61,078 nucleotides of DNA from a virus. This document shows, piece after piece, positions 51,239-60,600 of this stretch. The first letter of the stretch is position 1, and each line of letters starts with the position of its first letter. The position numbers were made by a program, and so were the translations under genes. The stretch lies in IMG/VR virus record IMGVR_UViG_3300027718_000001, positions 1-61,078 of that record; one strand, given 5' to 3'. A model generated the notes under the pieces. It had not been told where the DNA came from. It was given only the letters and a program-made list of their open reading frames with translations, and did not search any database.

Positions 51239-51318
51239 AGATTCATATGAAGGTGAATGTGTAGGATTACCTGCATGTTCACCTTCATGTATATATGAAG
51301 ATGGAGGTATATATGGAA
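51235..51318. repeat. RTNNAN hexamer-periodic tract F (14 hexamers; 11-bp hairpin atgaaggtgaa/ttcaccttcat)
   Basis: atgaag attcat atgaag gtgaat gtgtag gattac ctgcat gttcac cttcat gtatat atgaag atggag gtatat atggaa. Confidence 0.8.
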
Positions 51319-51846
51319 CAAGCATTAAAACGTTTAGATATAGATAAAACTTTAGGTCGTGTGGTATTAACGGATGGACAAACACGTTTAGAAGTACCAC
51401 GTTTATCAATGAGTAAGATTATTAAAGTTGTTAAGTTTTTAGGTATCGATGGATCAAAGATTTATGATCAAGCCCAAAAGATCCTTTCTAATAATGAATT
51501 AGATGATGTAACAAAAATTGCTCTTATCTTAGAAGGTATTGAAGAAGAACAATTAATTCGTATCTTTTCAATTCTTTTAGATCTGGATGATGAAGATACA
51601 TTAGCTCTAGATCCCAATGAAATGTTAGATATTATTCTTGTTTATGCGGAGAAAACGAATATAGCTAAAACTTTTTCTCAAGTCCGTCAGTTGTACAAAG
51701 TGATGTTCAAGAAGGAACTGCCGGACTTGGGAACATGGTTGAAACAACGTCAAGAACAGGCTCAGGAGCTTCAGCAGAAACGTTTAGAAGCACAGAACCA
51801 AGTGAAGGAAGAGGAAGCGAAGCAGGAGGAAGTTGGGACGAATTAA
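51313..51846 (+). CDS. Tail assembly chaperone (gpG-like)
   Basis: Position before the tape measure; start at MEQALK after gatggagg. Confidence 0.6.
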   Translation: MEQALKRLDIDKTLGRVVLTDGQTRLEVPRLSMSKIIKVVKFLGIDGSKIYDQAQKILSNNELDDVTKIALILEGIEEEQLIRIFSILLDLDDEDTLALDPNEMLDIILVYAEKTNIAKTFSQVRQLYKVMFKKELPDLGTWLKQRQEQAQELQQKRLEAQNQVKEEEAKQEEVGTN

Positions 51847-52166
51847 TAGATCATTGGATTAACATGATTGAATTAGTTTCTTCTCATTTTCGATATACAG
51901 AAGAATATGTATTAGATCATTCTTTAGACTGGGTTTTTAGGAAGTACCAACAAGCCCTTAAGGAACAATGGGAACAAAGCACAGTAAGGACACAAGAAGG
52001 TTTTAAAAGTCTCTTATTGTTGTTTGATTCTCTTATGAATAAAGGCAAGAATTATGAAGATATTCTACCATCATCTTATGAGAAGGCTATGGAACAATGG
52101 TCTGGACAACAGGAAGAAGAATCAGAGTTCGTAAAAGGTCAATGGTGGATACCTAGTCAAAATTAA
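51735..52166 (+). CDS. Tail assembly chaperone -1 frameshift extension (gpT-like)
   Basis: The -1 frame is open from 51669 and overlaps the end of the upstream ORF. No independent SD. Confidence 0.5.
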   Translation: MVETTSRTGSGASAETFRSTEPSEGRGSEAGGSWDELIDHWINMIELVSSHFRYTEEYVLDHSLDWVFRKYQQALKEQWEQSTVRTQEGFKSLLLLFDSLMNKGKNYEDILPSSYEKAMEQWSGQQEEESEFVKGQWWIPSQN

Positions 52167-52224
52167 TCCCTCACTTACATAACGGTGGAGGGCTTTTTTA
52201 TTCTTCTTAGAAGGGGGTGAGTTA

Positions 52225-55200
52225 ATGGCAGAGGTAGGATCGGCAAGGGTCAGAATAACGGCTGATGATTCAGATGCTAGAAGAACATTAACCGGATTCA
52301 CAGGCTTTTTAAAGAAAACGGCAGGTATTGCTAGTGGAGTTGTGGCAGGTTTAGCCCTCTTTGAAGGTATGAAAGAATCAGTAAAGGCTATCGGTGAAGC
52401 TACGATAGGGGCTAACGCTTCAATGGAGCAGTATGAACAAACATTAACAGTCGTGTTAAAAAGTCATGAGAAGGCAAAGGACACGTTGAAATGGGCTTCT
52501 AAATTCGCACAGGAAACGCCTTTTGAAATCCCTGATATTGTTGAAGCGACAACACGTTTAAGTTCATATGGGATGAATGCACAAAAGGTATTAAAAGATA
52601 CAGGGGATATGGCAGCAGTAATGGGAAAACCATTAATGCAAGCCGTAGAAGCTGTTGCTGATGCTCAAACAGGTGAATTAGAACGTTTAAAAGAATTCGG
52701 TATTACCAAACAAATGATTATTGATCAATCTAAAAAAATGGGTATGGATGAAATTGTTAATGCTAAAGGTCAGATCACAGATATGGATAATTTCAATAAG
52801 GCATTATTTGCCCTTATGAGAGAACGATATTCTGGGGGTATGGCTTTACAATCTAAAACCTTTAATGGAATGATTTCTAATGCTAAAGATTCAATGGGTA
52901 CTCTTTTACGTACAATGTCACAGCCTTTATTTGAACGTTTAAAGTCTGATATAGCAACGGCTCTACCTGTATTGACTAGCTTTACTTCTTTTGTACAAGG
53001 AGATGTAAAAGGAGCTTCCACACAACTTCAAGATGCTTTTGGAAAAGATAAAGCTAATACCATAATGGGTTATTTTAATGCTATTAAAAATGGAGTTATT
53101 GAAGCTAAGAATTGGATTCTACAGTTTCAACCAGCGGTTAAAAATTTGCTAGATATTGCGATTGGATTAGGGCCGACATTTAAAGTTGTCGGTGGGGCTA
53201 TTGCTGTAGCCTTTATTCAAGTAGCAAAAGTTCTTCCTCCTGTTATTAATCAACTCACAGGTATAGTAAAAACAATTGTTCAATGGGAAGGATTTACCCC
53301 TGTTGTATTAGGTTTAGCGAGTGCATTTGTCACGTTAAAAGTAGCAATGGCAGTAACTACAGCTATTAATGCTATGCGATTTGCTCTAACTATTTTGATG
53401 AACCCAATAAGTAGAGCATTATTTTTAACGCAAGTATGGTCTAAAGCTATGGTTTTCCTTAATGCAACACTTTTAGCCAATCCTATTGGTTTAGTTATAG
53501 CGGCTTTAGTCGGTCTGGGTGTAGCCTTATATGAAGCCTATCAGCATAGTGAAAAATTCCGTAATTTCATTGATGGATTATGGAGTAAAGCTAAGAATGA
53601 TTGGGTAGAATTTGTTCAGATCATGACTGATGCAGGAAAGAAAATAGCTGATCAAGCTAAGAAGGATTATGCAGAACTTTCTTCTTTAGTAAGTTTAATA
53701 AGTGGAAAGATCAGCACACAGGCTATGAAAGATTACAATGATCTAGCTACAGGTCTTTCTCTAATTGGATCACGTATAAAAACACAGGCTCAAAGTGATT
53801 ATAATGATCTTTTATCGATTGCTCAAACAGTCGGTGGGCGCATAAAATTACAGGCTCAAAACGATTATAACGATATAACTACGGCTTTATCCACGATTTC
53901 AAGCCGAATTAAAACACAAGCCCAAAGTGATTACAACGATATTCTAACCGTATCTAAAACGGTTGGTGGTAGGATCAAAACACAAGCCCTTCAAGATTAT
54001 AATGATTTTGTTAATGGCACGAATTGGGTCATGAATGAGCTTCCTAAGAAGATGAATGATTGGGGAGTTTCTATAGATAGGTTTTTTGATACCTTACCAG
54101 AGCGTACAAGAGCTAAATTATCTTTATGGGGTACTGCTATTAAAAATTGGGCTATTGCTCAAAATGAAGAAAATAAACGCCAATTTGGTCAATGGTGGAA
54201 TTCTATTCAGTCTTGGATTACCTCAACTTCTCAAAGGTGGGGTACAAGTCTAGGTAGTTGGTGGAATTCTATAAGTGCTTGGTTTAGTAGTTTACCTTCA
54301 CGGACAGGTGCAAAACTTACTACTTGGTGGAATTTCATTTCTAGTAATGTATCAAATAAATATAATTCTTGGAAAACAGCATTAGGTAGTTGGTGGCAAG
54401 CGCAGTCTGAATGGTGGGGTAGTTTACCATCTAGAACGGCTTCTAAAATATCTATTTGGTGGAATGGTATTCAAACCAATGTTTCTAATAAGTATAACAA
54501 TTGGAAGACTGCTCTAAGTCGTTGGTGGCAAGCACAGTCTGAATGGTGGAGTTCGTTGCCATCTAGAACAGCCTCTAAAATGACAACATGGTGGAATTCT
54601 ATTCAAACGAACGTTTCTAATAAATATAATTCATGGAAAGTTTCTCTAGGTCGCTGGTGGGCTGCACAGTCTGAATGGTGGGATTCACTACCTTCTCGAA
54701 CAAGTAAGAAGTTAAGTAATTGGTGGAATTCGATTTCTACTAATGTTCGTAATCGTTATAACGATTGGAAAGCTTCATTAGGTCGTTGGTGGGATTCAAT
54801 TTCTTCATGGTGGGATACGTTACCATCTAGATCAAATACCAAGCTAAATAATTGGTGGAAAAATATTTCTAGTTGGGTTGTCAGAACGGCTAGTAATTGG
54901 AGAACGTCACTAGAGAGCTGGTGGAAAGAAATAAAGAATTGGTTTGATCATTTAGATGATAAACCAGAGGTTAAGAATGCAGGTAAAAATCTTGTTAAAA
55001 AGGTATCACAAGGTTCAGAAGAACAAAAGAGAACCTTATTTGATAAGATCGGTAAAATTACAGTCGATGCCATGAAATATGCCCTTATTTTCGGTGCAAT
55101 TGTTTTTGTTTCAACAGGTCGAGAGATCATTAAAAGAATGATCACAGGGGTAACACAAACCCTTCCTGAATGGTATAACAAGTACACGGAAATGAGAAAG

Positions 55201-56181
55201 AAAACAATTGTTAAGCTTGTAGATATGGGAACAGGTCTTTATCAAGAAGCTAAGAAAATCCCTAGTAAGATTGGTAAAGGGATCAAAGATAAAATGGGCG
55301 ATGCCACAGGTGCTATGAAATCATTAGCTGATAGCCTTGTTAAGCGATTTAAAGAAGCTCTAGGTATCAATTCACCTTCTAAGGTGTTCTATAATCTCAC
55401 AGGATCTATCTTTGAAGGGATTCAAAAACGTTTAACAGGTTCGGATTTAAAGAAAGTAGGCGATGGAATCTTTGATGATCTAATTTCTGGTGCAGGTGCG
55501 GGAATTAGTAGCCTTAAAGGTATGGTATCGGGTGCAGGTGGAAATGTGAAATCATGGTTATCTACTGCTTTAGCGATTACTGGAACACCTCAATCATGGC
55601 TACCTTATTTAACTACAATGGCTATGAGAGAATCAGGTGGTAACCCTAGGGCAATAAACCTGTGGGACTCGAATTTTAGGGCTGGACATCCGAGTAAGGG
55701 ATTGCTCCAGACAATTGATTCAACATTTTCCAGCTTCAAAATGCCCGGCTTAAACGATATTTATAATCCGATTCATAACGCTGTTGCTTCAATTCGTTAT
55801 ATCAAGTCTAGATATGGCACAATCTTCAAAACGCCGGGCATTAAGAACATGCTTAAAGGTGGAGGTTATAAAGGTTATGCAAAAGGCGGATTCTTCTTAA
55901 ATGGTCCTCAAATGGGGCTTTTTGGGGAGGGCGGCCCCGAAATGGCTCTACCTTTGATTGGTAAAAATATGATGCCTTATGCACAAGCTGTTGCTATGAA
56001 TCTTTCTAATCTGTTAGGTGGTATAAATGGTGGCGGTGTTGATCTGTCTTCATTAGGCCCATTTATCTTAAGAGTTGAAATGAATGGGAAAACCGTTGCT
56101 GAACAGATTTATCAAGACATTAATGAATTACAGGATAGACAAGATTATAGAAGTCGTAGATCCAGAGGGGAGATAGGATAG
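52225..56181 (+). CDS. Tape measure protein with a C-terminal SLT lytic transglycosylase domain
   Basis: 1318 aa; central TM-like stretch; MAMRESGGNPRAIN...GLLQTIDSTF. Confidence 0.85.
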   Translation: MAEVGSARVRITADDSDARRTLTGFTGFLKKTAGIASGVVAGLALFEGMKESVKAIGEATIGANASMEQYEQTLTVVLKSHEKAKDTLKWASKFAQETPFEIPDIVEATTRLSSYGMNAQKVLKDTGDMAAVMGKPLMQAVEAVADAQTGELERLKEFGITKQMIIDQSKKMGMDEIVNAKGQITDMDNFNKALFALMRERYSGGMALQSKTFNGMISNAKDSMGTLLRTMSQPLFERLKSDIATALPVLTSFTSFVQGDVKGASTQLQDAFGKDKANTIMGYFNAIKNGVIEAKNWILQFQPAVKNLLDIAIGLGPTFKVVGGAIAVAFIQVAKVLPPVINQLTGIVKTIVQWEGFTPVVLGLASAFVTLKVAMAVTTAINAMRFALTILMNPISRALFLTQVWSKAMVFLNATLLANPIGLVIAALVGLGVALYEAYQHSEKFRNFIDGLWSKAKNDWVEFVQIMTDAGKKIADQAKKDYAELSSLVSLISGKISTQAMKDYNDLATGLSLIGSRIKTQAQSDYNDLLSIAQTVGGRIKLQAQNDYNDITTALSTISSRIKTQAQSDYNDILTVSKTVGGRIKTQALQDYNDFVNGTNWVMNELPKKMNDWGVSIDRFFDTLPERTRAKLSLWGTAIKNWAIAQNEENKRQFGQWWNSIQSWITSTSQRWGTSLGSWWNSISAWFSSLPSRTGAKLTTWWNFISSNVSNKYNSWKTALGSWWQAQSEWWGSLPSRTASKISIWWNGIQTNVSNKYNNWKTALSRWWQAQSEWWSSLPSRTASKMTTWWNSIQTNVSNKYNSWKVSLGRWWAAQSEWWDSLPSRTSKKLSNWWNSISTNVRNRYNDWKASLGRWWDSISSWWDTLPSRSNTKLNNWWKNISSWVVRTASNWRTSLESWWKEIKNWFDHLDDKPEVKNAGKNLVKKVSQGSEEQKRTLFDKIGKITVDAMKYALIFGAIVFVSTGREIIKRMITGVTQTLPEWYNKYTEMRKKTIVKLVDMGTGLYQEAKKIPSKIGKGIKDKMGDATGAMKSLADSLVKRFKEALGINSPSKVFYNLTGSIFEGIQKRLTGSDLKKVGDGIFDDLISGAGAGISSLKGMVSGAGGNVKSWLSTALAITGTPQSWLPYLTTMAMRESGGNPRAINLWDSNFRAGHPSKGLLQTIDSTFSSFKMPGLNDIYNPIHNAVASIRYIKSRYGTIFKTPGIKNMLKGGGYKGYAKGGFFLNGPQMGLFGEGGPEMALPLIGKNMMPYAQAVAMNLSNLLGGINGGGVDLSSLGPFILRVEMNGKTVAEQIYQDINELQDRQDYRSRRSRGEIG
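53650..54010 (+). repeat. About 5 tandem 66-bp (22-aa) repeats inside the tape measure gene
   Basis: caggctcaaagtgattataatgat recurs at 53785, 53851 and 53917 (QAQSDYNDL...GGRIKT). Confidence 0.75.
54292..54951 (+). repeat. 5 tandem 132-bp (44-aa) Trp-rich repeats inside the tape measure gene
   Basis: LPSRT...WWN..Q.NVSNKYN.WK..L..WW.AQSEWW units start at 54292, 54424, 54556, 54688 and 54820. Confidence 0.8.
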
Positions 56182-57636
56182 ATGGCTTTTTTATTTAATG
56201 GAATTTCCTCAGATAATTATTTTGTAGTTGAAAAGATTGAAAGGGATCTTCTACCTCCTATCTCTCATATCTTAACTGAAATTCCTAACAAGAACGGTGC
56301 TATACATCAAGGGTCTAAGCTTGGTGTAAGAGAATTTAATGTAACTATTCGTATGAGAGAAGACAGTGTAGAGGATCTAAACACGAAAATCAGAACAGTT
56401 GCCAGTTGGTTAAGGCAGAAGGAAGCGAAGCCCTTTGAACTCGTAAAAGAGGAAGGTCTTTATTATATGGCTTATTTATCTGGTGATACAAAATTAACTG
56501 AAATTGTCACGGTAGGAAAGGGAGTATTAACCTTTATTTGTCCTGATCCTATCGCTTTCAATAAGGTTGAGAATCTTGTTCCTTTATTGAATGAAGTCAA
56601 TCAATTGAATATAGAAGGAACGGCTGAAACGTTCCCTACTTTGAAGTTTACCGTGAAAAGGGATATAACATTTCTTTCTTATATTGGAGAGGGAGAAAAA
56701 GATGTGGTCGTGTTAGGTAAAGCCGTTGAAGAAGATACCCAGACAGCAAAACCTAAAGAAGAACTCATTTTTGACGATGATATGGAATCTCTTACTGGAT
56801 TTGGGTGGTCTGTCGGTGGAACACAGGTCGATGGGGGTGTCCCCACAGGAACGATGATTGCTTCTAATCAAACCTTCACATATTCAGATATTGGAACAGG
56901 TGATAAGTGGCATGGGCCAGCAATTAAAAAGGGATTAAGTGAAACCTTAGATGATTGGAAGGTTGAATGTTGGCTTAAATTTGATGCTACAAAAGATCCT
57001 AAGATGATCGCAAGGGCAGAACTTTATTGCTTAGATGTAAATGGTGTCGTTATCGCAAAATTTGCTTTAAAAGATATGTATAGAGATACAGCTAATACAG
57101 TTGTTGAATTTCGTGCAGGTGATCTTAATAAAGGGCAGTACATTATTAAGTCATGGGGTTCAAAACGTGGCGTTTACAACGATTTCTGGGGCTTAATCTC
57201 TTTAAAACAAGTAGGAAAAGCCTATGAATGTTATGTCACTAAGATAGTAAATGGTAAGCACACCACACGAATGTTCAAGCGGTATTATGATGTGAAAGAT
57301 CAATATCATACAAATAAACTTGCTCAGATTCAATTGCACATCGCAGGCACAGGAACAAGCCCAATGCCAGCCAATGACCGTATCAATTTTGATCGTTTGA
57401 AGGTCTGGAAGGTGAACACATTAAATGAACCAGAAGAAGTTCCTATTATCGCTAGAGCAGGTGATGTGATTGAAGTAAATCATTACACAAAAGAGATCCT
57501 TATAAATGGTGAACCTTCAAAACAGATCTTAGATCCAGTAAGTAAGTTATTCCCGATTCAAGGAGATAGTGCTATAACAATCTATCCATCTGATGCTGTA
57601 ACGGCTGATTTGTCTTATAAGAGTAGGTGGGAATAA
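56182..57636 (+). CDS. Distal tail protein (Dit) with a C-terminal extension
   Basis: MAFLFNGISSDNYF...REFNVTIRM siphovirus tail-component pattern; position. Confidence 0.65.
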   Translation: MAFLFNGISSDNYFVVEKIERDLLPPISHILTEIPNKNGAIHQGSKLGVREFNVTIRMREDSVEDLNTKIRTVASWLRQKEAKPFELVKEEGLYYMAYLSGDTKLTEIVTVGKGVLTFICPDPIAFNKVENLVPLLNEVNQLNIEGTAETFPTLKFTVKRDITFLSYIGEGEKDVVVLGKAVEEDTQTAKPKEELIFDDDMESLTGFGWSVGGTQVDGGVPTGTMIASNQTFTYSDIGTGDKWHGPAIKKGLSETLDDWKVECWLKFDATKDPKMIARAELYCLDVNGVVIAKFALKDMYRDTANTVVEFRAGDLNKGQYIIKSWGSKRGVYNDFWGLISLKQVGKAYECYVTKIVNGKHTTRMFKRYYDVKDQYHTNKLAQIQLHIAGTGTSPMPANDRINFDRLKVWKVNTLNEPEEVPIIARAGDVIEVNHYTKEILINGEPSKQILDPVSKLFPIQGDSAITIYPSDAVTADLSYKSRWE

Positions 57637-60600
57637 TGTATATAGTCAATAACGATGATGAAATTATTGGAGAATTAGAGAATGACGGAAGCGAAGCAGC
57701 GGCATATTGGAACGATGAAATTAATGAAAAGTTAAATGATGCTTATTTGACTATTAATTTTACGATGGATGCAAACCATCAAACGGCTTCTTTAATTGAA
57801 ACAGGTGTAAGGATTGTCGCACCAGATGAAGATAATAATCTAATTATGTTTCGTATAGAAGAAGTGAAAGATGTTACAGCGCAGGATGGAAGCCATAATA
57901 AAGAAGTTTATGGTGAGCATATCGCCCTTGAATTGTTGGGGAAGATCATTAGACCTCAAACTTATAGTGGTTTCACAGCAGAACAGTTTTTCTCTTCCAT
58001 TCTAGAAAATACGCCGTGGAAGTTAGGTATAGTGGAATGGTCAGGCACAGGTGACGTTGTTTTTGATGATTATGTCAATGCCATCGAAGCTATTGTAAAA
58101 GGTAGGGAAGTTTTTGGTGGAGAATTACGTTACCGAATTTCGTTTAATGGTACGAGATTAGCCACTAGATATTTAGATCTTCTCGTACAACGTGGGGAAA
58201 ATAGAGGAAGTCAGGTTATTTATGGTCATAATATGAGTAATTTGACAAGGACAGAGAGCGGTAGAGAAGTTTACACGGCTCTTATTGGTGTTGCCAGAAG
58301 TACCAATAGTGAAGGTGGTTATCTAACCTTTGAAGATATTGAAGAGGAAGATAAGCCTTTAGGACAGGATTGGATTGGTGACGATGAAGCCCTGCAAAGG
58401 TCAGGAATTCGTTTACCGAACGGAGATTTGGCGCACTTTTTTGGAGTTTATTCTTATGATGGAGATGAAGAATTAACACCTAAATTGTTATTACAGAAGA
58501 CACGAGAAGCGCTTAAAACAGCTTCTACACCTGCTTATACCTATGAAACTACGGCTGAAAAATTAGAAGAGGAAACAGGCATTAGTGCTGATGAATTTAG
58601 GTTAGGAGACACTATAACGATTCAGAATTTAGATTTAGAACCACCTCTTTTATTAGAAGCTAGAATTATAGAAACAAAAGGCTCAGTTGATGATCTTAGA
58701 GGAAGAGATTTTGTAATTGGTGATTATAAAGATATTTATAGTCAACACCAGTATTCAATTATTAAGAAGTTACGAAACACTTACCTTAGAGAATCAGCTA
58801 AATGGGCTTCTGGTGCTCGAGTAATTAGAAGTAATGTAGCTCCTGATGATCCTACAGCGGTATGGATTGATACATCTGGTGATATTGATGTTGTTAAAAC
58901 GTTGAATCTTGACACAGGGATCTGGGAGAAGGCGAGTGCTACCCTTGCTGAAGAAATTCTCTATGAAAATGGTTTTTCTTTAGAGGATCTTAGACCTGCT
59001 CAGGCAGGAGCGGATATAACAGCTTTAAACACTGCATCCGATGCTTATAAATTAGCAGGTACTACGGCTAGTGTTGTAAGAGATAACGCTAGTAATGGGG
59101 CTCAGGCTAATACTAAGATTCAAAATGATGTAGGATCTGGCACCATTGAAAGTACAAGTGGATCTCAAAGTAAAGCTAATACGGCTCAAACAAAGGCAGA
59201 ATGGTATACATCTGTAAGAACTGGGCTTAATTTAATTACGAATATCACAGATCTATCTGTACCTTCTCCTTATGTCTGGGTGGTAGGAGATACACCAGAT
59301 GGAGTACCAGGAACAATATTAAAGAAAGAGTTTGTGGTTGGTGACACGATTAATAATACTAACCTTATGTTTCCTTCAATTAAAGTAGATCCTAAGAAAT
59401 CATATTTGTTTGAAGTATGGGTAAAGGCTATGGACACGAATTCTTCCTATTGGTTAGGAAGAAAAGAATATCTAGCTGATCAAGTCACAGAAAATCAAAG
59501 TGGAAATGGGCCCAATATGGTTGGTGGTCGTACTCCGACAAGTTCAGATGTAGGAGTTTGGAAGAAGCATTATTGTATTATTGCTCCACATAATGCAGGG
59601 ATTGAAGATAGTCACACTATCCCAGATTCAAGTTTAACACCAGATACGGATCATAAGTTTTACAACGCTAATACGGCTTATATCAAGCCTAAAATTTCTC
59701 TAACTTATGCACCTAAAGATACTACAAAAGGTTCTGTCATGTTTGCGACTAAGTTTTCAGTTACCGAGATTGCTAGTGATGATTCTGTTTATAGTGCTAT
59801 TCAATCAAGTTCTAATACGGCAGAAGAAAATGCTAAGAATCACGCTGATAGTGTAGCGGCTACAGTTGAAGCGAATGCAAAAGAATATGCTTCTGATGCT
59901 GGCAATATCACATTAGGAACGCTTTTAGCAGAACGTTTATATGGGGTTACGATTTCAGGGAAAAAGGCAATTATAACCGATTTGGATGCAGGAAACATTG
60001 TTTCAGGTTTCTTATCTTTTAACATGGCTAAAGGTGGAGTTTTAAGGCTTGGAAGTGTTCAAGATGGAAATGGAGTGTTGCAGGTCTTAAGTGACGATGA
60101 GACAGTTGTAGGGGAAATAAATGGGCTTTCAGGAGCTTCATTTTCTACCGTTACGGCAGGTGACATCATTTCTGAAAGTGTTGTTAGAAGAAATATAACA
60201 GATATGAATTTTTATGTTGATCCGATTGGTGGGGATGATTCAAACATTGGCGATAGTTGGTCAAGTCCTCTATTAACAATTCAAGAAGCAATTAACCGTA
60301 TCCCAAAGTGGAATGAAGGTAACATAGTGATACAGACTCATTATGACAATTCTAGAAACATGTATGAGGATGTGTTAATAGAAGGGATTTATGGTACTGG
60401 ATCAATTACGATTAATTTTCAAACGTCTCAAAATACTCTAAATGGAACAATTACCGTTATGCGTTGTCAGCATCAAGTAGAAATAGATAAGGCTACTTTG
60501 ATAAATGTTGACGGAACAAGTGGTGTTTTATATGCGTTCGGTTCTAGAAGTGTAACGATTAAAGATAGTTTTATTTATGGTCGTGGTATTAATCCTTATG

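Noticed and set aside
31508-60025. Remaining antisense or overlapping track ORFs (for example 31508-31708, 31662-31847, 32378-32629, 34279-34569, 37846-38145, 38728-38964, 40129-40392, 41813-42073, 48202-48399, 49688-49975, 50908-51183, 50982-51194, 52770-53021, 53280-53480, 54948-55187, 58282-58479, 59840-60025)
   Set aside because: All lie inside longer, better-supported genes on the opposite strand or in another frame, and they lack SD sequences.
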